Source: Gemmatimonadota bacterium (GTDB taxonomy: Bacteria > Gemmatimonadota > Gemmatimonadetes > Gemmatimonadales > GWC2-71-9). From it: DNA of 64,000 nt. The stretch is from contig JANYKV010000063.1 in NCBI GenBank assembly GCA_025358055.1, positions 11,569 through 75,568 of the forward strand, given 5' to 3'. The notes under the pieces were generated by a model. That model was not told where the DNA came from. It made no database searches and saw only the letters and a program-made list of their open reading frames with translations. The position numbers were made by a program, and so were the translations under genes. Positions 28,869-38,866 of this stretch are shown here, piece by piece (the first letter of the stretch is position 1; the number at the start of each line of letters is the position of its first letter).

Positions 28869-29621
28869 TCACAGCGGCAGTAGCAGCTTGAGGCTGAAAA
28901 TGAGTCCGACACTCAAGAACAGTGGCTTGAGAAACACGGACCCGCGGCGGCTGCCGATCCGAGATCCGATCGCCCCACCCAGAAGGCTGCCCAGCACGGC
29001 CGGAATCATCAAGCGCAGATCGTAGTAGCCTTGAAAAATGTACAGGGTGGCGGCAAAGGCGCACCACAAGGCAGCGATGACGTAGTAATGTCCAAGCGCG
29101 GTGGGGAGATCGAACCCTCGAGTGCGGCAAAGCATCAGTACGCTGAGAATGCCATTGCCGGAACCCAACATTCCTTCGTAGCAGCCGAGCGGCAAGCTCA
29201 ACGCCACCGGTAGCGCTCGGTTGGTTCGTGGCGGTTCGGGAACGATCCCAAACTCTCGATGGAGGAGCGAGATCGTAATGAGGATCAACAACGCTGCCCC
29301 GACGATCGGCTTAAGAAGGGCCGCGTCGACATGCGTCGTCACTCGGGTCCCAACGAACGCCCCTAAGAGCCCGACCGGTGCCATGCCGGCCAGCAGTTTC
29401 CAGTCGGCCGATTGGCGGCGCAAGTATTGATTGCCGGCCGGGAGGGTCCACATCGCCCCACAGAGCTTGTCGTTTGCCACAGCAAGGGGCAAGGGGATGC
29501 CGAGCATCAGCCAAGTTGGGGTGGTGATGAGGGAAGTACTGCTGCCGCTCATGGAGCCGAGCAACGTCGCGCCGGCCGCAATTGCAAACGTCAGAAGGGG
29601 CGCGGGCGCCGTGTTCGTCAC
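28869..29621 (-). CDS. TauE/SafE (DUF81) family anion exporter
   Basis: 250 aa, multi-TM, Gly-rich helices. Begins 9 bp after the upstream membrane-protein gene and ends 17 bp before the ABM gene. Confidence 0.7.
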   Translation of the reverse strand: MTNTAPAPLLTFAIAAGATLLGSMSGSSTSLITTPTWLMLGIPLPLAVANDKLCGAMWTLPAGNQYLRRQSADWKLLAGMAPVGLLGAFVGTRVTTHVDAALLKPIVGAALLILITISLLHREFGIVPEPPRTNRALPVALSLPLGCYEGMLGSGNGILSVLMLCRTRGFDLPTALGHYYVIAALWCAFAATLYIFQGYYDLRLMIPAVLGSLLGGAIGSRIGSRRGSVFLKPLFLSVGLIFSLKLLLPL

Positions 29622-29630
29622 GGATTCGAC

Positions 29631-30161
29631 TCAGCTCCTGGACTCGGAGCTTTGCCCCCCGTCACCTTGTGATCGCATCATGACCAAGGGGGAATCCGCC
29701 GCCGGTCCGCCCGATCGAGAACGCGCCGCTGGGGGCGCGCCCCGAAAGGACCCTAAGCCCATCATCCCAAGAACAATGAGGGTCAAAACGTGCTTGAGCG
29801 CAGCTTTGAACACTCCAAAATCGAAGACGCCGCGCGAATCCTCCTGAACCCCGGCCCGGACTTGGAATACATCGAGTAGGAAAGCCACGAACGCTATCAA
29901 AAGCAGTACGGCTGCAACCATGTTGATGACACCGATGACCCGCTGGGTCCGCCTGCTCCCCTGAAGCGCCGCGGTGAGCGTGATAAGAAAGGCGCCGAGA
30001 AGGGGCGTCAACAGATACCCAGAAAGCAAGCCATAACTCCCATACCGCCAACCCACATCGCTAAACAAAAGGGGCCATACCGAGGCCGCCCCATCCAGCA
30101 ACGAAACAAAGACCAGAAGCGTGCCAATGAGGTAGGCGGGCCAGGTGAGGTGTTTGGTCAT
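29631..30161 (-). CDS. integral membrane protein, unknown function
   Basis: 176 aa, about four TM segments, Gly/Ser/Ala/Arg-rich C-terminal tail. Confidence 0.5.
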   Translation of the reverse strand: MTKHLTWPAYLIGTLLVFVSLLDGAASVWPLLFSDVGWRYGSYGLLSGYLLTPLLGAFLITLTAALQGSRRTQRVIGVINMVAAVLLLIAFVAFLLDVFQVRAGVQEDSRGVFDFGVFKAALKHVLTLIVLGMMGLGSFRGAPPAARSRSGGPAADSPLVMMRSQGDGGQSSESRS

Positions 30162-30338
30162 GAGTGGGGACTGCTCCGCCGCAACGTGGTCGATGGATTT
30201 GGAAGGGGCAGGTCGAGCCGCAATCTACTGAGCCCCTTCAGGCATTGCCAGTTCATTGGATTTCCGAGCGCCTACGACGCGACAGCGGGCTGCGATGGTA
30301 GATCGCAACCCGCCTCTGTTCCTCAGTCAGACGCTGAG

Positions 30339-31088
30339 CTACTGCTTCTTCCGCTTTCGCGAGGCCCGCATCGCTACGAGTCCGAAGAGCCCGGTGCCAA
30401 CCATGAGGTAGGTCGATGGCTCCGGTGTCACGGTTGGTTCGTAGTAGAGGAACTCCTGTTTGCTGTTGGGGTTATCCGTCCAACAGTTCGGAACCACTTG
30501 ACCACGTTTCGTGCAGGCGACCTCGGAGGTGACGTCACTCAGGACGTGGAACCCGGAGTAGTCCGAGAGATGGTGCGTGTTCGACTGGGCCAGCCAGGTG
30601 CCGATGTGCGATCGGTCGTTGGCGGAAAAAGGGTAGGAGAAGGTCTGCGCCGTGAACGTGGTCGGCGACATGATCTCCCAGATCGCGGCCTGGATGTATT
30701 TCCAATCGGAGTGGTTGGTGGCCAGGTACTGCGTCGTCAGCCACGCCGCTTTCTCATATTTGCCAAGAGCAGCAGTGTATCCGGAATTCGCGGAGCTGTG
30801 AAGACCGGGCCCGTTCCGTGTATAGCTCAAATCCACATTGCCGGTGAGTTGCGTGTCATAGGCATTCCAGACGTTGTTGACGGACACGTGGTGCGCGAAA
30901 TCGACACACCAGATATCCACCTTCGGCCCGCCGTCGAGGGTGGCCGCGTACGTTCCGACATACCAATTCCACCCAACCACGCTCCCGCCACTCTTGAACT
31001 TTACAGTGCGAATCGGCGGGGCCGCGTGTACGGGGACGCTCAGAAACGAGAGGCCCGTAAGGACAAGAACCGCGCGAAAGGCCTTCAT
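30339..31088 (-). CDS. PEP-CTERM sorting-domain protein
   Basis: Signal peptide MKAFRAVLVLTGLSFLSVPVHA. C-terminus VTPEPSTYLMVGTGLFGLVAMRASRKRKKQ has the PEP motif, a TM helix and a basic tail. Confidence 0.8.
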   Translation of the reverse strand: MKAFRAVLVLTGLSFLSVPVHAAPPIRTVKFKSGGSVVGWNWYVGTYAATLDGGPKVDIWCVDFAHHVSVNNVWNAYDTQLTGNVDLSYTRNGPGLHSSANSGYTAALGKYEKAAWLTTQYLATNHSDWKYIQAAIWEIMSPTTFTAQTFSYPFSANDRSHIGTWLAQSNTHHLSDYSGFHVLSDVTSEVACTKRGQVVPNCWTDNPNSKQEFLYYEPTVTPEPSTYLMVGTGLFGLVAMRASRKRKKQ

Positions 31089-31395
31089 ATAGGCGTGATC
31101 CGATCTGTCAGTAGTTGAACGTTTCGTTTGTTGTCATTCGCGGACCCCCGGCCCGCGCTGGGGAGGTCAAATGCAGGACTTGTACCACCGAGGGTTCGAG
31201 GTGACATGCAGTTTCTGGCACGCCGAGTAGCATGTTGTGATGACGTAGTAAATCATTGGAGGCAATAGTGATAGCACAGTGCACCCAGGGGCGGGGGAGG
31301 CAGGCACCCAAGCGAGCGGCACCAACCGTGTTGTCGAGAATTGTGACTAGTAGAGGATTCGTACAGCGCGAATGTAGTGGTGCTTCAACAGCGGC

Positions 31396-32391
31396 CTAGC
31401 TGTCGCAAGCGGCTCCGCGCGCTAGACAGGTAGTGAAATTGGCAACGTCGATGTTGGCACCGCACACGATGAGGCCCACGCGCTTCCCTGCCAACCGTTC
31501 TCGGAGCGGGCCTAATAGCGCTGCGGTGGACGCGGCTCCGGCAGGCTCCACCGCGAGCTTGGAGTCCTGGAACAACCGATACAGGCTCACACAAAGCGCA
31601 TCGTCGTCGACCAACACGAGTTCATCGAGAAAATGACGGCACACCGAAAAGCTGTAGGGCAGTGCGTAGGGCGCAGCGAGACTGTCCGCAATCGTCGCCG
31701 GGCGGTCGAGGGACTCGGGTTTCCCGGACTTGAAGCTCCGCATCATGCTATCGGCCCCGACGGGCTCAACACCGAACACTTTGCAATTCGGCTGCGTTAG
31801 CTTGAGGGCCGCGGCCACCCCCGAGCTCAGTCCGCCGCCGCCAATGGGAACAATCACCGCATCGAGGTTCGGCACTTCCTCCGAGAACTCAAGCCCCAGA
31901 GTTCCGGTCCCGGCCGTCGTGAGAGGCCCTTCGAAGGGGTGCACAAAGACCCGTCCTTCGTTCGCCTCGATTTCTTTGACCAACGAGAAGGCCGCCTTCG
32001 CGTCCTCGGCGAACACAACCTCCGCACCATAGGACCTGGAGAGGGCCACCCGCGCCGGATTTGCCGTCTTGGGCATGACGACTTTCGCGGTGGTACCCAG
32101 CTTCGATGCGGCGAAACTCACCGCTGCAGCATGATTGCCGGCGCTGACGGCGGTCACGCCATGTTTCAATTGTTCCGGCGACAACTCGAGCATGACGTTG
32201 AGCGCGCCCCTGGACTTGAAGCTTCCTGCGTATTGAAAGAGCTCCAGTTTCAGGAACACCTCCGTGGAAGCTCCGAGCCACCGCGTCAGCGCATCGCTCT
32301 GCCATTGCCACACGGGCGTCTGCCGAATATGGGGACGAATCCGACGTCGGGCGGCTAGAATCGAGTCCAGGGTGGGGAGGGTGTCAGTCAT
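31396..32391 (-). CDS. PLP-dependent threonine/serine dehydratase (fold type II)
   Basis: PLP-lysine motif GSFKSRGALN, plus SAGNHAAA and the Gly-rich loop PIGGGGLSSG. Confidence 0.85.
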   Translation of the reverse strand: MTDTLPTLDSILAARRRIRPHIRQTPVWQWQSDALTRWLGASTEVFLKLELFQYAGSFKSRGALNVMLELSPEQLKHGVTAVSAGNHAAAVSFAASKLGTTAKVVMPKTANPARVALSRSYGAEVVFAEDAKAAFSLVKEIEANEGRVFVHPFEGPLTTAGTGTLGLEFSEEVPNLDAVIVPIGGGGLSSGVAAALKLTQPNCKVFGVEPVGADSMMRSFKSGKPESLDRPATIADSLAAPYALPYSFSVCRHFLDELVLVDDDALCVSLYRLFQDSKLAVEPAGAASTAALLGPLRERLAGKRVGLIVCGANIDVANFTTCLARGAACDS

Positions 32392-32544
32392 GGATCAAAG
32401 ATATCCTCGCGCGAAGCGGCCGGGGGAGGGCGTGAGTCTGGAAGTAACGGCGAGCGGACGATAGGATTGTGTGGCGTTATCGTGGGAATTCGTCATTCTA
32501 CCAGGCTCGGTCCTCCGTTTCTAGGACCGTTGGGAGAGAGAGTC

Positions 32545-32904
32545 ATGAATCGCGAATTTCGTTTACTCATTGGAGTCGCTGCCATCGCTCTGGGGGCCTG
32601 TCATCGAACTCGGGATCCCGCCACGACCCCGGAGCCGGAAGTGACATTGAGTACTACGGTCCGGGTGGAGAACGACGCGTTTCTCGACATGAACATTTAC
32701 GTCTACCGCGGCTCACAGCCGTATCGCCTTGGAACCGTGACGGGCCACTCCTCCACGGTTTTCGTCATCCCAAAAACCATCATCTACGCTACTACACCGT
32801 TGCGATTTCGCGCCGATCCCATCGGAGGCCAGCGGCTTCCTTTCACCGAAGAGATCACCGTCTCGCCCGGCGACCAGATCGGTTTGCGTATTCCGCCGAG
32901 TTGA
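32545..32904 (+). CDS. small lipoprotein, unknown function
   Basis: Start at MNREFRLLIGVAAIALGAC (lipobox LGAC), with GGGAGAG upstream. 119 aa. Confidence 0.55.
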   Translation: MNREFRLLIGVAAIALGACHRTRDPATTPEPEVTLSTTVRVENDAFLDMNIYVYRGSQPYRLGTVTGHSSTVFVIPKTIIYATTPLRFRADPIGGQRLPFTEEITVSPGDQIGLRIPPS

Positions 32905-32923
32905 GGGCGGGAGCGGCCTTGGC

Positions 32924-34837
32924 TCAGACCAGTTCCTGGACGGCGCGATACCCGTGATCGATTGCCGCATCAGTATAGGCATAGGCGCCGGAGTCGGAGT
33001 TTGCGATGCGTATCCTTCCGAACGGTCGTCGCGCCACCTCACACGGCGTAGTCCCACCGGGCCAGAACGAATCCCACAACGAATTGTATTGATAGGCATA
33101 CCCGTGCGGCCACCGGTTCACGGTGAGGCCGACGATGTCTCTCGCGGGATCGAACCCTCCGGGCGACAGCATCCGCGACAGTTGATCCCGTGTGGCTCGT
33201 TCCAAATCCGCGAACGACATGCCTAGCAATTCTTTCCGCCCAGCCCGGTGCTGATCCCGGGCCGCCAGGCCCGGACTGCAGGGAGTTCGACTGCAGTGCA
33301 AGAGAATGGGTTCATCAGGGACCTTGGGGCAGCGGTATTCACCCAAGCTCACCGGAAAATCCAGGCTGACTCCACCATAAAACGCGCCAGGTGCCAAAGC
33401 CCCACGCACCCCGAGTTGCGCGAAGGCTTTCCAATTCCTCAAGGCCACCATGGTGTAGATCAGAGGCACCTTCACCGCGTAGCTCAGGGCGGTGCGCTGT
33501 TCCGCGGGCAATTCTGGGCACAGTTTGGGAATGACCGTGTGCCAGCAAGCGAGAATGCAGCCTTTGGCCTGGATCGAGCGAAGGCGTCCTCCGCGGAGAT
33601 AGCTCACCTCAACCCCACCGCTTCCGGGGGAGGCCATGTGTCGTACGCGAATGGCGAGGGAATTGAGCCGAATCCGGGTGGAGGACTCGCCTCGATCCAA
33701 ACGACCATAGTCAACCTTCGCGGTCACCACGTCTTCCATGGTGGAACCCGGCACCGCCTCCGGCAGCAGCGAACGGACGAGGAGCCGCGCGACCGAGGCG
33801 TTCCCATCGGGGAAGTGATAGATGTAGGGCTCCTGAGACCGAAGGGCCTTGACCGCATCGAGATTCATGCCGGGGGCGGCGCCTGGTTCCAGCTTGAGCC
33901 CCGTGAACCCCGGGAGTCCGAGACCCCACGCGTCGAGCGCTGGTACGGCGTCAATTCCAACTCCATAGAGGCCATGGGTCGAGCTCTGATAGTAGGCTGC
34001 AGCCGCAGGAGAAACTCGAAACTCACGGACCAGATACTGCCGGTAACTAATTTTGGCGAGGCGGCTCTTCTTTTCCGCTGAGGAGTCGCCAGGCCAAGTA
34101 TCGTGGTGGCTCTCTTCAACTCGAAGGACATCATGCCGCGCGGTGGCGGAGAGCGGGGTGCGAGAGAGGAATTCGCGGAGCGGTTGCTTGGGCGAACGGG
34201 GCACCAAACGATCGGCGCCGAACGTCTCGCGATCGAAGAACACTCCGGTCTCGAGCCCCAACGAGGCATAGAGTGTTTGATCGAACGCCTGCCGAAATTT
34301 TCCGAGGTCGATCCCGAGATCTTTCAATAGCCCGATTGATTCGGGGCTATACAGCTCGGGACTATCGATCGACTGGGTACCCCCATATCCGATCAACAGA
34401 CGGTCGGCGTGACGAAACTCATTGCGCTTGGCGTGGCCCCCAAAATCATCGTGATTGTCGAGGAGGAGAATCTTCGCCCGACGCCCAGCAGCCTTGCGAT
34501 AGAAGTGCGCCGCGGCGAGACCGCTGATACCGGCCCCCACGATGACGAGGTCATAGCGCTCCCCGGTGTCCAGAGCCGACCCGATTGAGGGTCCCAGAAT
34601 ATCATCACGCAACCGGTGTGCGGCTTCAAAGGAGCCCGGATGACTTCCCCGAAGACCACTGCGCCCCGGGGGGTAGTAGTCCGGTGACCGCTCCGGAGAA
34701 AAGTCTTCACCCGCCCCACGTGGCGCGCACCCGATCGCTCCGAGGCCGACAGCGCCGACGGCTACTGCCACCCCATCGATGAAATCCCGGCGGGAAATCG
34801 GGCGATCGAGTCCGAGTTCTCGATCCGAGTTGGGCAT
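32924..34837 (-). CDS. Tat-signal NAD(P)/FAD-dependent oxidoreductase (amine-oxidase fold, spermidine-dehydrogenase-like)
   Basis: N-terminal twin-arginine motif ISRRDFIDGVAVAVGAVG and dinucleotide fold YDLVIVGAGISGLAAA. 637 aa. The SpdH-like label comes from my recollection of similar N-termini, not from a search. Confidence 0.8.
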   Translation of the reverse strand: MPNSDRELGLDRPISRRDFIDGVAVAVGAVGLGAIGCAPRGAGEDFSPERSPDYYPPGRSGLRGSHPGSFEAAHRLRDDILGPSIGSALDTGERYDLVIVGAGISGLAAAHFYRKAAGRRAKILLLDNHDDFGGHAKRNEFRHADRLLIGYGGTQSIDSPELYSPESIGLLKDLGIDLGKFRQAFDQTLYASLGLETGVFFDRETFGADRLVPRSPKQPLREFLSRTPLSATARHDVLRVEESHHDTWPGDSSAEKKSRLAKISYRQYLVREFRVSPAAAAYYQSSTHGLYGVGIDAVPALDAWGLGLPGFTGLKLEPGAAPGMNLDAVKALRSQEPYIYHFPDGNASVARLLVRSLLPEAVPGSTMEDVVTAKVDYGRLDRGESSTRIRLNSLAIRVRHMASPGSGGVEVSYLRGGRLRSIQAKGCILACWHTVIPKLCPELPAEQRTALSYAVKVPLIYTMVALRNWKAFAQLGVRGALAPGAFYGGVSLDFPVSLGEYRCPKVPDEPILLHCSRTPCSPGLAARDQHRAGRKELLGMSFADLERATRDQLSRMLSPGGFDPARDIVGLTVNRWPHGYAYQYNSLWDSFWPGGTTPCEVARRPFGRIRIANSDSGAYAYTDAAIDHGYRAVQELV

Positions 34838-37800
34838 CTAGCGCCCTAGCTCCGGAGGAGCCGGCAGAAGGATGACCGGCACGTCAGCCTGCTTCAATTG
34901 CGCATTGAATGCCGGGATGTCTTGCTGCAGCAGCGCGCTTAGCGATTGAGCCAGGCCGGCCCATTGAGATTCGAGATCGGCAAACCGGTCTTTGACACCT
35001 TGGGTAACCGGCGCCTCGTTCCCATCGATCGCCTCGACCAAGTACAAATACTGATCATTGATGCCATGGCGGAAATTAATGACATCCTGAACTGTCGACA
35101 TTCGTTCCGAAACGAGTCTCGGCACCAGCCCGTCGATCGTAGCCAACAAGGCCGTTCCTTGGGTCAAGACGGATGGGCCGGCCGGGAGGCTCTTGGTTCT
35201 CCGGAGCAGATTGGTGACCTGCTCTCGCACATCGCGGAGGGCGATGGCGGCGCGCTGGATTTCATCCACCCGGGCGCCCACCGCAAGGAGCAGTCGCTCC
35301 CGCTCAGCCGCGTCTTCTCCACCCAGTTTCACCCGAGGATCCGCGAGGACTTCGAATGTCTGCTGCACGATGCTCCTCCCCACGCTCAAACGCGCCTGAT
35401 ACCTTCCGGCGGGTATGCGCCAGCCCCGCCTGCTCTGCACCGAAAACAGTTTGGGAATGCGGCGCGCATCGGGATATCTAAGGTTCCACACGAACCGATT
35501 GAGTCCTACGGCCGCGGGCAGGACAGGGTCCGATTCACCGCCAGGCGCATCCTCCGCCTTTGGTTTTGAAGTCGTGAACGTGCGGATGACTTTGCCCTGC
35601 ATATCGGAAATCTCGAGCGAGGCCACCGTGGCCGTATCGGTCGGCTGGCTGAAGTAGTAGTCGAGGGTGACACCACCGGGTGGGTTCTTTCCCACACCGG
35701 TTCCCCCTCCCACCGCACCGTAAACCCGGTAGATCGGTAGGGGTTTGAACAGAGTCACGGGGGCTCGGGCGACTGAGTCCGTCAGCTGCTCGAGCGGACC
35801 AACGTTGTCGAGAATCCAGAACGCGCGACCCTCGGTCGAGATCACCAGATCTTGGTTCCGCACCTGCATATCGGTGACCGGTACGGCCGGCAAGTTCAAT
35901 TGCAGGCTCTGCCAGTGTTGGCCTCCATCGTAGGAGATGTAAACCCCGGTTTCCGTTCCAGCGTAGAGCAGGCCTTTGCGATTCGGATCTTCGCGCACGA
36001 CCCGCACCACGTCACCCGCTCGAATGCCATTCACCAGCTGGGTCCAGGTCTTCCCGTAGTCGGTGGTTTTAAACACGTGGGGAGTGTTGTCGTTCCACTT
36101 ATGCCGGCTCACCGCGGCATAGGCGGTACCTGGGTCATGGGGGGAAACCTCCACCATGTTGATCAGCGAAGGTGAAAGTCCAGGCGGCGTAACGTTCGAC
36201 CAGGTCTTCCCCTCGTCGCGGGTGAGGTGGATCAAACCGTCGTCCGTGCCGACCCAGAGGGTGCCCTTCTCATGCGGAGATTCGGCGACGTAGTAGATCG
36301 TATTGTAGACCTCCCCACCGGCGCCCTCATTCGTGATCGGGCCACCTCCGGGGCCTTGTTTGTCCTTTTCGTTGCGCGTGAGGTCCGGGCTGATCACGGA
36401 CCAGCTCCGGCCTCGGTCCGAGGAACGAAACAGCACGTTCCCCGCAAAATAGATTACGTGACGGTCGAACACGGAGGTCAGGATCGGCGCGCTCCAATTG
36501 AACCGATACTTCTGCCGGTCGGACGGTTCCCCCAGCCCCAGCGCGGGCCAGGGCATAATGCTTCGAGTGGTGCGGTCGACGTCGTTGAACTCGTCGATGA
36601 TGCCGTGGTAGCAACCGGCATAGCTATAGTGAGGGTCGTCGGGATCGAACGCCACGTGCGCACTCTCACATCCTCCTACCGGGTGCCAGTCGCTGGGGGT
36701 GATCCCGGCATCGAGCGTCCGGCTCAGGATCGCCACGCTCGTATTATCCTGCTGTCCGCCATACACCCAATACGGGAACCGGTTGTCCGTGTTGACCCGA
36801 TAGAACTGCGCCGTCGGCTGATTGTTTTGCGTGGACCATGTCACGCCACCGTTGAACGTGATTTCGGCGCCTCCGTCATTGCCGTTGACCATGTTCAGGG
36901 GATTCTTCGGGTTGATCCAAAGCGCATGATTGTCCCCGTGCGGGTCGGGAAGTTCTTTGAATGTCCGCCCGCCGTCGATCGATTTAGTGATCGGCGCGTT
37001 GAGGACATAGACCACGTCGGCATTGGCTGGATCGGCCACCACCACGGTGTAGTACCATGCGCGGGCTCGAACCAATCGGTCGGAATTGACGAGCTGCCAA
37101 GTGACGCCACCATTGTCAGAGCGATAGACCCCCCCGCTGTCCGCTTCGATGTTGGCCCAGAGGCGCTCCGGGTTCGCCGGCGAAACAGCGATTCCAATCT
37201 TTCCCATCGGGGCCGGAAGTCCGCCTTCGAGTTTGGTCCACGTATCGCCACCATCGGTCGATTTCCAGATGGAACTCTTCGGCCCGCCGCTTCGCACTTT
37301 CCAGGGCGTCCGTTGGTGATCCCAAAAGGCGGCGTAGAGGACCCGAGCGTTCGATGGGTCCATGGTGAGCGCACTGGGTCCGGTGATCGAGTCAACGGAA
37401 AGGATCTGCCTCCACGATTTGCCACCGTCGGCGGTCCGGTAGACGCCACGTTCAGCTGAGGGCCCGTACCGGCTTCCCTGAGCGGCGACGTACACCAATT
37501 CGCTGTTGCGAGGGTGGATTACCACGGCGGAAATCTGGCGACTCTCGGCAAGCCCGACGTGCATCCAGGACCGCCCCGCGTCGGTGGACTTGTACATCCC
37601 ATCCCCCCACGACGACGAGACTCCCCGAACGGGAGCCTCCCCGGTCCCGACGTATACCACGTTGGGATCATCTTCTGCCACAGCGATCACCCCGATGCTC
37701 CCCATGCGCAGAAACCCATCGGAAACCGGCTTCCAGGAGCCTCCAGCGTCCTCCGTCTTCCAGACGCCGCCGCCTGTCGCTCCCATGTAGTAGACCATCG

Positions 37801-37996
37801 GCTGCGAAGTGACCCCGGCCACCGTGGTCACCCGGCCCCCACGAAACGGGCCGATGTTGCGCCACCGGAGTGCGTGGAATCGGGCGGTGTCGTAGACGGT
37901 GGGGCTCAGTCGGGCCTGGGCGGAGCATGGAAGTGCGAGGACGCCGAATAACACGCCGGCGAAGAGCGAACGGGAAAAAGCGCTGACGCGGACCAT
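34838..37996 (-). CDS. secreted BNR/Asp-box repeat protein (sortilin/VPS10-like double beta-propeller)
   Basis: 1052 aa with a signal peptide. About 11 Asp-boxes (TEDAGGSW, STDAGRSW, TADGGKSW, STDGGDTW, SDNGGVTW, SIDGGRTF, SSDRGRSW, TRDEGKTW, TTDYGKTW, SYDGGQHW, and others). Confidence 0.85.
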   Translation of the reverse strand: MVRVSAFSRSLFAGVLFGVLALPCSAQARLSPTVYDTARFHALRWRNIGPFRGGRVTTVAGVTSQPMVYYMGATGGGVWKTEDAGGSWKPVSDGFLRMGSIGVIAVAEDDPNVVYVGTGEAPVRGVSSSWGDGMYKSTDAGRSWMHVGLAESRQISAVVIHPRNSELVYVAAQGSRYGPSAERGVYRTADGGKSWRQILSVDSITGPSALTMDPSNARVLYAAFWDHQRTPWKVRSGGPKSSIWKSTDGGDTWTKLEGGLPAPMGKIGIAVSPANPERLWANIEADSGGVYRSDNGGVTWQLVNSDRLVRARAWYYTVVVADPANADVVYVLNAPITKSIDGGRTFKELPDPHGDNHALWINPKNPLNMVNGNDGGAEITFNGGVTWSTQNNQPTAQFYRVNTDNRFPYWVYGGQQDNTSVAILSRTLDAGITPSDWHPVGGCESAHVAFDPDDPHYSYAGCYHGIIDEFNDVDRTTRSIMPWPALGLGEPSDRQKYRFNWSAPILTSVFDRHVIYFAGNVLFRSSDRGRSWSVISPDLTRNEKDKQGPGGGPITNEGAGGEVYNTIYYVAESPHEKGTLWVGTDDGLIHLTRDEGKTWSNVTPPGLSPSLINMVEVSPHDPGTAYAAVSRHKWNDNTPHVFKTTDYGKTWTQLVNGIRAGDVVRVVREDPNRKGLLYAGTETGVYISYDGGQHWQSLQLNLPAVPVTDMQVRNQDLVISTEGRAFWILDNVGPLEQLTDSVARAPVTLFKPLPIYRVYGAVGGGTGVGKNPPGGVTLDYYFSQPTDTATVASLEISDMQGKVIRTFTTSKPKAEDAPGGESDPVLPAAVGLNRFVWNLRYPDARRIPKLFSVQSRRGWRIPAGRYQARLSVGRSIVQQTFEVLADPRVKLGGEDAAERERLLLAVGARVDEIQRAAIALRDVREQVTNLLRRTKSLPAGPSVLTQGTALLATIDGLVPRLVSERMSTVQDVINFRHGINDQYLYLVEAIDGNEAPVTQGVKDRFADLESQWAGLAQSLSALLQQDIPAFNAQLKQADVPVILLPAPPELGR

Positions 37997-38258
37997 CGAT
38001 GGCCTCTCGGATGCGGCGAGGTGTTGGCTGGTAACGGTGAAGGGAAGATATGGCGGCCCACGCAGGCCCCGTCAAGCCGGGGCGAGGAGCCGCCTACTGG
38101 CTGGTTTGGCGCAGAAAAGAGAGGACGGGAGCATCGAACCGGGACGCGTCCTTCTGGTTGAGGGTCTGTCCGACCACCATTGGGAAATGGGGGTCAGCGC
38201 AAGTGGAAGGAGCCCCCCGTAGGGCGGGCGGTCCAGCCGAGAGTGATGGCGACCGCGT

Positions 38259-38669
38259 TCAGACACACTTAAAGACATGCGGGGAACGCCCGCGAAGCAG
38301 GATGAACGTCCCCACCACATCTCCGCTCTTAGTCAGAGTAACGGTCAAAGTCATAGTGTCTCCCTCGATCCGGCCTTCATACCAGGCCGGGAGCGAGTCC
38401 GGCTTCTCTCCCAACCGCACCGGCCCGCCGTGGCCAGGGATATGGATGCCGCTGGCTCGAATGAGCCCATTCTGGTCGACCATCACGGGAGGATCGATGT
38501 GACCGACCGCGCAGTCATACTCGAGGTCGCCCCCTTTGAGGGAGACTGTCAGGCCCGCGTGATCGCCGCCCCATTGGCCGAAGAGATCGCCGGGGGCCGT
38601 GTCGAGTTGAGTACAGGAGAGAACCATGAGAGTGGCGAGGGCAACTCGCGCAGAATTTGGAAATTGCAT
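38259..38669 (-). CDS. small lipoprotein, unknown function
   Basis: 136 aa. Signal plus lipobox ..ALATLMVLSCTQ. Confidence 0.55.
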   Translation of the reverse strand: MQFPNSARVALATLMVLSCTQLDTAPGDLFGQWGGDHAGLTVSLKGGDLEYDCAVGHIDPPVMVDQNGLIRASGIHIPGHGGPVRLGEKPDSLPAWYEGRIEGDTMTLTVTLTKSGDVVGTFILLRGRSPHVFKCV

Positions 38670-38866
38670 ATGACCTCCAGAACGGAACGAGACTCAATGT
38701 ACCGGCTCGCGTTTCGGGTGGCGAATCCCATCACCCTCGGCCAGGGAGACGGAGCGACGTCCGATCGGTACACACGCCTTCCCCGGCAGGGAGCCGCGTG
38801 CTAGCTTCGCCGACGACCTCAAGCCTGTTCAAGCAACCAGTGTATGACCCTTTCTGGAGTACGCTC

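Noticed and set aside
31192-31200. GGTTCGA-type strings reminiscent of tRNA T-loops (also near 5106-5116 and 38135-38150)
   Set aside because: The flanking bases cannot form a T-stem, and no acceptor or anticodon arms could be drawn. I found no tRNA or other structured RNA gene in the larger intergenic regions.
31216-31232. Sigma-54-like TGGCAC-N-TAGCA motif upstream of the PEP-CTERM gene
   Set aside because: The GG-to-GC spacing is one nucleotide too long. The motif is also on the plus strand, pointing away from the minus-strand PEP-CTERM gene and into the 3' end of a convergent gene.
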